IMG/VR virus record: IMGVR_UViG_3300031772_000023
Location: 3,985-67,984 of that record
Reading direction: 5' to 3' (one strand)
DNA: 64,000 nucleotides
Source of the DNA: a virus
Part shown: piece after piece, positions 50,581-56,908 of the stretch
How positions within the stretch are numbered: position 1 is the first letter of the stretch
How the letters are laid out: each line of letters opens with the position of its first letter
Notes under the pieces: generated by a model
Database searches by the model: none
The model's input: the letters and a program-made list of their open reading frames with translations, nothing else
What the model was told of the DNA's origin: nothing
Position numbers and translations under genes: made by a program

Positions 50581-50766
50581 CTACATTTCGTCTTCGTAAA
50601 AACATTTGCCTTTAGTGCTAAAATATTCTTTTGCCCACTCTTTACCTTTCCCGTTCAATAATGCTTCTACAAAATCAGCTATGATATTTGCACCGTCACA
50701 ATGTCCATCTGGACCATCGTTAATCATTATGTCGCTAATAATATTTTCAATTTGTTCTTTGTTCAT
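50581..50766 (-). CDS. Cassette 13 hypothetical protein
   Basis: DGPDGHCDG motif; fills the cassette. Confidence 0.65.
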   Translation of the reverse strand: MNKEQIENIISDIMINDGPDGHCDGANIIADFVEALLNGKGKEWAKEYFSTKGKCFYEDEM

Positions 50767-50795
50767 TTTTCGTTTAATTTACCGCACCAGCCACT

Positions 50796-50890
50796 AACAG
50801 TGGTTTTGTGCTATTATTTTGGCTATAAAATTTATCTTTAAAGGTAAGTGTCTGCAAGCCAAAATAACAGACACAAAGCCACGAAACGTT
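50796..50890 (+). repeat. attC-like hairpin 13
   Basis: AAC-a-gtggttttgtgctattattttggct...agccaaaataacagacacaaagccac-gaaac-GTT. Confidence 0.9.
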
Positions 50891-50901
50891 GTAGGCAATG
50901 G

Positions 50902-51168
50902 CTAAGAGTGTTCAATCATTGCCTGTGCTATAAAAATTGTTTCCTCTCCCTTATGCACAAATTGTTGATTAGGTATTACTTTCATCACATAGCCACTTGT
51001 GTATTCAAGCACCGTGTCTGTTTCACTATCATAGTCGGCAACAATTTTATCCGACCACTCAAATAGCACTTGCACAGGCAAATTAACTATTCGGATGTCG
51101 CCACTGCCTACAACATTGTGTTGCTGCAATTGTGGCAATTCCCACTTAAATTCATCTTTGTTTTTCAT
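50902..51168 (-). CDS. Cassette 14 hypothetical protein; starts inside hairpin loop
   Basis: Likely start MKNKDEF; LPQLQQHNVVGS is encoded by the arm. Confidence 0.65.
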   Translation of the reverse strand: MKNKDEFKWELPQLQQHNVVGSGDIRIVNLPVQVLFEWSDKIVADYDSETDTVLEYTSGYVMKVIPNQQFVHKGEETIFIAQAMIEHS

Positions 51169-51237
51169 ATCAAGTTTTTGTTTGTTATTCAACTTTTGTC
51201 TTTCAAATGCCACAACTGACAGCAACACCTTACCGTT
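51112..51237 (+). repeat. attC-like hairpin 14
   Basis: AAC..gtgttgctgcaattgtggca...tgccacaactgacagcaacac..GTT. Confidence 0.85.
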
Positions 51238-51260
51238 ATACGCAAGGCTACCATTCATTT

Positions 51261-51752
51261 TCATATTGAGCATTTCGGTAAGGTTTTAAAGATTGTATCA
51301 CCCTCCCATCCACGCTTCATTTCTAAAATACAGGTTTGAACTCTGCTTCCTTTGAAAGTGCTTCGTGGCAAATGTGTAATTGATTTTAGCCCCCATTCCA
51401 TAATATCCTTTGTCCTTTTCTCTCCGTTTATAATTGCCAAATAAGGCATCAGAGCAATTATATTATCCGTCATATCCATACACTTGTAAAGGATATCATA
51501 CCCTTGCTTCATTGGGCTAAATGGTGGGTTCATCACTATCCATTCAAATTGGCTTTCCACCATTTTATTAAAATCATTTGGCACAATCACTTTTCCGTAT
51601 TGCTCTAATGCCTTTACAAGTTTTCCTTTGCCAGCAGTGGGCTCTAAAATCAAACCTGTATTTCCAATAAGAAATGAAGCCATATACTCACACACATTTT
51701 CGGGTGTTTGAAAATTATCGCCCCAATCTTTAAAATCTTTTTCTTCTTCCAT
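51261..51752 (-). CDS. Cassette 15 small adenine methyltransferase-like protein
   Basis: FQTP, ILEPTAGKG, IVMNPPF. Confidence 0.8.
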   Translation of the reverse strand: MEEEKDFKDWGDNFQTPENVCEYMASFLIGNTGLILEPTAGKGKLVKALEQYGKVIVPNDFNKMVESQFEWIVMNPPFSPMKQGYDILYKCMDMTDNIIALMPYLAIINGEKRTKDIMEWGLKSITHLPRSTFKGSRVQTCILEMKRGWEGDTIFKTLPKCSI

Positions 51753-51787
51753 ATCAATATTTTCTCTTAATTAACCGCCCAGCGTAT

Positions 51788-51876
51788 AACACGGTATTTG
51801 TGCTATTTTGCCATTGGGCTTTATCTATAATTTGAACATTTGTGCAAGGCAAAACAGACACAAATACCCATCCGTT
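51788..51876 (+). repeat. attC-like hairpin 15
   Basis: AAC-ac-ggtatttgtgctattttgcc...ggcaaaacagacacaaatacc-catcc-GTT. Confidence 0.9.
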
Positions 51877-51905
51877 AGTTACCTGCAAGTGCTACGATAC
51901 TGCTA

Positions 51906-52631
51906 CTATTGAACATTTGTGGGAGAAAATTTAAAAAGTTTTTCCACGCTCTTAAAATTATTCTGTTTACTTAACGTGTTACTTAATTCCATCTCCCAAA
52001 CACATTCAAAGTCAATAGGTGCGTTATATTCACTCACAAATACTGTGCGTCCTTCTTTTGATTTATCCCTACACCATTCCCAAAATTCAATATGGTCTAT
52101 TCCGTTTTTGTATTTTATAGTCCCTTCGTATGGTGGGTCGCAATAAATGATTGAGTTTGGTGGTATTTCTAAATTCTTATAATCAGATTGAACAAAATGA
52201 ACTGATATTAAATTAGGTATTTGCTTTATCAAACCACGTCTTGCTTCATCTTGATGATTAGGTAATTTTCCGTTTTTTAATCTTTTTGATTCTTGATAGT
52301 CACTCAAATAACCACCAAACCATTTCCCTCCATAGCTACAACATATTCCTGCCCATACAGTCATTTTACTATCTCTATCTTGGTTTTGTTTAATATATTC
52401 ATATTCATCCCTACTTATTCTTAATGGTGGTGTCCATCCATCTTGCAATGCTTTATAAAATTCAATTAAATGTTTGTTATAATCAGAAGCAAGTCTTAAA
52501 CCTTCAACTTTATCGGTGATGTTTGCTCCACCAACAAAAGGCTCAACAAACCATTGATTAGGTTTTCTATCATTTAGTATTATTGGTAAAATGTGTTTTG
52601 CAATTCTACTTTTATTTCCTGTATATCTCAT
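51906..52631 (-). CDS. Cassette 16 Dam/D12-class DNA adenine methyltransferase
   Basis: YTGNKS, FVEPFVGG, IYCDPPY, VFVSEY. Confidence 0.9.
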   Translation of the reverse strand: MRYTGNKSRIAKHILPIILNDRKPNQWFVEPFVGGANITDKVEGLRLASDYNKHLIEFYKALQDGWTPPLRISRDEYEYIKQNQDRDSKMTVWAGICCSYGGKWFGGYLSDYQESKRLKNGKLPNHQDEARRGLIKQIPNLISVHFVQSDYKNLEIPPNSIIYCDPPYEGTIKYKNGIDHIEFWEWCRDKSKEGRTVFVSEYNAPIDFECVWEMELSNTLSKQNNFKSVEKLFKFSPTNVQ

Positions 52632-52702
52632 ACTCTAAAACTTTTTTAATTTTCTATTCGTTTTCAAATCAAAATCCTGCTAAATTAACCGCACCAGCAG
52701 GT

Positions 52703-52766
52703 AACAGCACCCTTAACGCAAGTGGGCTGAAAAAAGAAGCCCACCAGCGTAAGGCTGCAATCCGTT
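52703..52766 (+). repeat. attC-like hairpin 16
   Basis: AAC-a-gcacccttaacgc..gtgggct / agcccac..gcgtaaggctgc-aatcc-GTT. Confidence 0.8.
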
Positions 52767-53028
52767 ATAGGAAATTTATGGATTTTAGGTATTTCTCAAC
52801 ACCTTCCTTTATTCCTAAACTTTGGTTGTGTATTCCTTCACATTCCATTGATTGACAAAAATCCATAAACATTCCTATAACATCGGGTTTATGAAATTTT
52901 TTAACCTCACTTTCTGCAAACTCCGAGAGTAGGTCTTCTAATCTAAAGTAGTTTTCAGGTGCGGTTTCATCAGCAACATTTGCACCTACATAAATCTTTT
53001 TGCTTCTTAAAAATTCTCTTGTATTCAT
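52765..53028 (-). CDS. Cassette 17 hypothetical protein; about half encoded inside the hairpin
   Basis: VKKFHKPDVIG is encoded by the arm. Confidence 0.65.
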   Translation of the reverse strand: MNTREFLRSKKIYVGANVADETAPENYFRLEDLLSEFAESEVKKFHKPDVIGMFMDFCQSMECEGIHNQSLGIKEGVEKYLKSINFL

Positions 53029-53077
53029 TTTGTTATATTTAAACGGTTAAAAAACTATCATAAACCCGAATCACGTT
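52879..53077 (+). repeat. attC-like hairpin 17 (longest, 199 bp)
   Basis: AAC-a-tcgggtttatga..ttttttaacc...ggttaaaaaa..tcataaacccga-atcac-GTT. Confidence 0.85.
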
Positions 53078-53085
53078 ATGCGTAA

Positions 53086-53376
53086 TTAAAAGAACTCGTT
53101 AATCATAGCATCTACTGTTGGCTTTAAGAACCTGAAATACTCTCTTTTGTGTTCAGCAATATCTTCTTCATTTATCCCAAACCAAAAGATAATTGGCAAA
53201 GGAATTTCAAACTCTTTTGATATTGTTTCTAATACGCTAATGTTTGGAGTTTTTGCTCCAGTTTCAATTTGTGATAAGTATGTTTGAGTTATACCTATCA
53301 ATTTTGCAAACTCCGACTGATTTAATTGCGGTGTTCGCTCTTTTCTAATGTTTCTAATTGCTATTCCTACATTCAT
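53086..53376 (-). CDS. Cassette 18 XRE-family HTH regulator with its own promoter
   Basis: NQSEFAKLIGITQTYLSQIETG; TACCTTTG -7 box at 53398-53405. Confidence 0.85.
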   Translation of the reverse strand: MNVGIAIRNIRKERTPQLNQSEFAKLIGITQTYLSQIETGAKTPNISVLETISKEFEIPLPIIFWFGINEEDIAEHKREYFRFLKPTVDAMINEFF

Positions 53377-53478
53377 AATTTTATGTTATTTATTAAGCAA
53401 AGGTAATAATTATTTCTGACAAAACAAATTTATCTTAAAAATATTAACTACGCATAATAGCAGAAATAAAAAATTTGC

Positions 53479-53861
53479 TCATAGCGTTCTGTGCTTCGGT
53501 TCAACATACGCCACGCCAATCCTATCAAACAGGTCTTTTTCCTCACGCACTTCATAGCTTTTGCCATTCTGCATAAGGTAGCCACCTTCGCTTTTTGCCA
53601 TTGGTTCACTATCTCCGCTATGCCATCCTGAAAAAGACCAGCTTGATAGGGCTTTGGAATTGCTACTATCTCAATGTCCTTTACTTCGCTTTTCTCCCTG
53701 CGTATGCTTCCTGCAATCTCACATCTTATGCAATGTGGTTGTAGCAATTCCAACACACGCACCGCTATCGAATGGGCTTCATCGTAAGCAAATTTTTTAC
53801 TATCCGCTAACACACCATTGGAAGTAATGGCGGTCTTTTCGGTATCATTTTGCTTTTTCAT
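53479..53861 (-). pseudogene. Cassette 19 family X DNA polymerase-like gene with internal deletion and frameshift
   Basis: IAGSIRR..VKDIEIV in one frame; EEKDLFDRIGVAYVEPKHR-stop in another frame; middle missing. Confidence 0.75.
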
Positions 53862-53928
53862 ATTATTTATCTTTTAGTTGTTAATCAAAATTATCTTTTC
53901 TATTCCGCCACTACTCCAATGGTCGGTT
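53809..53928 (+). repeat. attC-like hairpin 19
   Basis: AAC..accattggaagtaatggcgg...ccgccactactccaatggt..GTT. Confidence 0.85.
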
Positions 53929-54154
53929 AGCCGCCATTTAAAAGACGCTTTATCGTTCTATAATCTTCAACCTCTTTATGTAATGCTTTTAATCCTTCAA
54001 TTTGCATTTCTAAGTCTTGTTTTACCACTTCGTTTGTTTGTCTAACCAGTTCTTTTTGTAAGTCTGCTGCAATCCGTAACAATAAACGGCTGCTAACAAC
54101 ACCTAAACAAGATGGCTGGTTTTCGTTTTCTAATGAAGTTTTGTCTGTATTCAT
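53927..54154 (-). CDS. Cassette 20 coiled-coil protein; starts inside hairpin loop
   Basis: QPSCLGVVSSR is encoded by the arm. Confidence 0.65.
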   Translation of the reverse strand: MNTDKTSLENENQPSCLGVVSSRLLLRIAADLQKELVRQTNEVVKQDLEMQIEGLKALHKEVEDYRTIKRLLNGG

Positions 54155-54217
54155 AATTTTGTGATTTTAATTAAGTTTTGTGGTGGAATACGCCACCTCG
54201 TTTAGCTGCAAAATGTT
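54095..54217 (+). repeat. attC-like hairpin 20
   Basis: AAC..ctaaacaagatggc...gccacctcgtttag..GTT. Confidence 0.75.
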
Positions 54218-54227
54218 AGCACCAATA

Positions 54228-54413
54228 CTACTTTAGTGCTTCGTCCAATCTTCCGAGAACAACTAACAATGTTTTGCGTTTAATATCGCATTTCATTGCA
54301 GCTTCAAAATCCTCTGCTTTTTTATAGTCTTCAATGTGGTTGTATAGTTGCTCTATTCGATTAACCATATCCATTCTCATTCTTTCAATGTTTTCTCTTA
54401 ATGTTTCTTTCAT
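54228..54413 (-). CDS. Cassette 21 hypothetical protein
   Basis: Inside GTTAGCACCAATAC / GTACTGGTGCTAAC inverted ends. Confidence 0.65.
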   Translation of the reverse strand: MKETLRENIERMRMDMVNRIEQLYNHIEDYKKAEDFEAAMKCDIKRKTLLVVLGRLDEALK

Positions 54414-54451
54414 CGTTTTTAATTTTATCGTTAATAATCCGTACTGGTGCT

Positions 54452-54500
54452 AACAGCGTATAAAAGCCATTGAAAAAACGGCTCTTATACGCCAACCGTT
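54452..54500 (+). repeat. attC-like hairpin 21 (shortest, 49 bp; end of array)
   Basis: AAC-a-gcgtataaaagcc...ggctcttatacgc-caacc-GTT. Confidence 0.85.
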
Positions 54501-54542
54501 CCAGTAAATCTGTTTTTGATAGTTAACTTAGTTTTCATAGTA

Positions 54543-54743
54543 TTAATTTTTATAAAAATATTTAGTGATCTTACGCATATCTTTTGAAAAGGTTACGCTA
54601 AATCCATTTTTAATATCTAATTTCCAGTTTATGATTATTTTTATTGCCTCCTTTTGATGTTCGTTTATGTAATGCCATTCTCCCATATTCATTTTAATGA
54701 GTTCCTGAAGCAAACCGTTTTTATAATCTGAAGATATATTCAT
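54543..54743 (-). CDS. Hypothetical protein after dnaB
   Basis: ATGA overlap with the dnaB stop. Confidence 0.55.
   Translation of the reverse strand: MNISSDYKNGLLQELIKMNMGEWHYINEHQKEAIKIIINWKLDIKNGFSVTFSKDMRKITKYFYKN
54572..54596 (-). promoter_or_regulatory. ECF-sigma-like promoter motif, copy 4, facing the cassette array
   Basis: Minus strand GTAACCTTTTCAAAAGATATGCGTA. Confidence 0.55.
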
Positions 54744-56140
54744 TTATAATGGTTTTCTGTTATGTTCCTATCGTAAAATATTGTCATAGATTTATTGCAA
54801 CCATAAAAAACACTTCCAGTATCACCATTTCGATGTTTCTCTATTATCAATTCCCCTTCACCTACAAGTGATCTTCCATCTTCGCTAGTAATTCCGTCTT
54901 TATGAGGATAATAAATAAAAATTACAATATCGGCATCTTGCTCGATCGCGCCTGATTCTCGAAGATCAGAAAGTTTTGGCCTCATACTTCCCCCCCTCTT
55001 TTCTACATCTCGCGAAAACTGAGATAGTGCAATTATGCAAACATTAAATTCTTTTGCAATTGATTTTAAGTTTTTGGAAATATACGCTACTTCGTTTTCT
55101 CTATTATTAATAGTCTTTTCGTTAGGAACAGTCATTAATTGCAAATAATCAACGCCAACTAAAACAACTTTATGATCTCTAACTAATCTTTTAATGCGCT
55201 TTCTCAATTCAAATATTGAAAGAGATGGAGTATCATCAAGGTATATTGGCAATTTAGCTAATTCTATTTCCTTGGATTTTAAGTGTTCTAGTTGATAATG
55301 CTGCAGGTCTCCATCACGATAATTATAAGAATTTACAGCTGTTTCTCCCAATATGGCCCTATCTGTAATGTTAATATTTTCCATTTCTAAAGAAAATAAA
55401 GCGGACGGCTTACCTAACCTAGCAGCACTTTTAATAAAATGTATAACCAGCGCAGACTTACCTCTTCCGGGTCGAGCTGCTAATATTACCAATGTTTTCT
55501 TCTTCCACCCACCAGTAAATTTATCCAAATCTGTTAGTCCAGTTGGAATCCCAATCACTCTACCATGTTTAAATGCCTCTATTCGCTCAGAAAGGGCTAT
55601 TGCGGAGGCGTTCAGCGATTCAGCAAATGTTTGTATTGTTTTTGCTGTAGAGTTGTCTATTTCGCTTAAAAAGCGGCTGGAACTATTAATCAATTCAAAT
55701 ACATCGGTAGTATCGTCATAAGCCTTTTGTACAGTTTCGGTTGCAATTCTTATTATTTCTCGTTTGTAGTACTTTTCTAAAATGATTCTGCAATGCACTT
55801 GAATATTAGATGCTGAAGCTATGTTATTAGTTAGTTTTGTGACATAATGCGCTCCTCCAGCTATATCTAAAGTTCCCAATTTTAGTAATTCTTGCGTTGT
55901 AGTTAAAATGTCAATAGAATCACCCCTATTTTTTTGCTTCAAACTAAATATTGCCTTGCAGATTTCCTGATGCGCTTCTTTGTAGAAAGCATCTGGTTTT
56001 ATTATCTCCAGTGCATTTTCCAAACCTTCTTTGTCCAACATCATTGCTCCAAGAACTGCTTCTTCAATATCTAAAGCCTGTGGAGGAATTTTACCAAGTT
56101 CAATAAGTTGCTGAGGTGTTATATTTTGTTTGTATTTCAT
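54740..56140 (-). CDS. dnaB: Replicative DNA helicase
   Basis: PPQALDIEEAVLG, AARPGRGKS, FSLEM, VDYLQL, LSDLRESGAIEQDAD, KHRNG. Confidence 0.97.
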   Translation of the reverse strand: MKYKQNITPQQLIELGKIPPQALDIEEAVLGAMMLDKEGLENALEIIKPDAFYKEAHQEICKAIFSLKQKNRGDSIDILTTTQELLKLGTLDIAGGAHYVTKLTNNIASASNIQVHCRIILEKYYKREIIRIATETVQKAYDDTTDVFELINSSSRFLSEIDNSTAKTIQTFAESLNASAIALSERIEAFKHGRVIGIPTGLTDLDKFTGGWKKKTLVILAARPGRGKSALVIHFIKSAARLGKPSALFSLEMENINITDRAILGETAVNSYNYRDGDLQHYQLEHLKSKEIELAKLPIYLDDTPSLSIFELRKRIKRLVRDHKVVLVGVDYLQLMTVPNEKTINNRENEVAYISKNLKSIAKEFNVCIIALSQFSRDVEKRGGSMRPKLSDLRESGAIEQDADIVIFIYYPHKDGITSEDGRSLVGEGELIIEKHRNGDTGSVFYGCNKSMTIFYDRNITENHYK

Positions 56141-56299
56141 TTAAAAAGGGGTTTTATTTGTTTCTGAAATTGACCTATTAGCCGATTCTTCATTTTTAAG
56201 TACTTGATATAAAGCGTTACATATTTGAGAATTATATGATACTCCATATCTTTTCTTTTCTTCCATCCATTTACTGAAATCAGAATGTATTCTAATGTT
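56141..56299 (-). pseudogene. Ribbon-helix-helix-like small gene whose 5' end is interrupted by a cassette
   Basis: NIRIHSDFSKWMEEKKRYGVSYNSQICNAL; stop abuts the dnaB ATG. Confidence 0.4.
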
Positions 56300-56762
56300 A
56301 GCGGTAATACTGCGACATCGCTTCGTAGAAAGTTTTTGCCATATTTTCAAATTCTGCCAAATCAATGTTTTTGCTTACACACATATCAATTCTATCTTCA
56401 CCTAAAACCATACACTCATACATTATTCCTATTCTGTTTGCGTATGGGTCACGGTCTGCGTACTTTCTAAAATCATAAAACAATATGCCTATTTGATAAA
56501 TTTTATCTTCACCATTTTTTAAAGTTTTCCAATAACAGAAATCCTCGTTTTTATGATTTTGAACGTATCTTCTATATCCTATTTCTTTTAGTTTAGTTTC
56601 CGTTTCAGATAACCATTCATCCCAAGAAGTACTACCGCTAACATCCGCTATAAGTAATGGCGGTTGAAGTGGTAAATCAATGTTTGTGCTTTTTATTGTC
56701 ATTTGTACTGAATTTAAAGTGAGTAGTTCTAAATCCGCCACTACTCATAGCGGAGTACCGTT
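56297..56762. mobile_element. Satellite cassette upstream of dnaB
   Basis: GTTAGCGGTAATAC / GTACTACCGCTAAC ends; hairpin 56640-56762. Confidence 0.85.
56298..56702 (-). CDS. Cassette gene, hypothetical protein; starts inside hairpin loop
   Basis: Likely start MTIKSTN; PPLLIADVSGS is encoded by the arm. Confidence 0.65.
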   Translation of the reverse strand: MTIKSTNIDLPLQPPLLIADVSGSTSWDEWLSETETKLKEIGYRRYVQNHKNEDFCYWKTLKNGEDKIYQIGILFYDFRKYADRDPYANRIGIMYECMVLGEDRIDMCVSKNIDLAEFENMAKTFYEAMSQYYR

Positions 56763-56908
56763 AGCGGTCATTTTTAGACAGCCTCAAATTTGTAAATGCT
56801 ATTTTTTGTTCTGAATGTATTTTCGTCAATTATTTCTGTTACAGTGCTGGTTCTAAAACACTTGTCTTCACTTAAATATGTTATTGGTTAATTTATTAAT
56901 TTAAAATA

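Larger units (their letters stand above)
44719..54500. mobile_element. Integron-like array of 21 gene cassettes
   Basis: Junction cores at 44719, 45149, 45676, 46502, 46850, 46978, 47963, 48460, 49233, 49544, 49866, 50324, 50567, 50888, 51235, 51874/51878, 52764, 53075, (53458), 53926, 54215, 54498. Confidence 0.9.

Noticed and set aside
46733-52855. ORF-track entries spanning junctions (46733-46966, 46807-47031, 47875-48108, 48325-48519, 49505-49777, 50848-51066, 51095-51289, 52583-52855)
   Set aside because: They cross cassette boundaries or lie antisense to better genes and are probably by-products of palindromic sequence.
44719-54500. CRISPR array interpretation of the periodic palindromes
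   Set aside because: The repeats are not identical, the intervals are gene-sized and variable, and no cas genes are recognisable.
44719-54500. Shufflon or invertible segments, since each unit has inverted ends
   Set aside because: Inverted ends are private to each unit and all genes share one orientation, which fits circle insertion better than inversion.
45071-54500. Hairpins as ordinary intrinsic terminators
   Set aside because: They lack T tracts, have fixed AAC/GTT ends, and several are translated through.
44719-54500. Canonical integron read on the minus strand, with attC downstream of each gene (suggested by stops in TAAC)
   Set aside because: At all four loci the hairpin-free end is on the left and a hairpin is on the right. 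Shared features of cassettes 3 and 6 also tie hairpins to the left gene. Not excluded without experiments.
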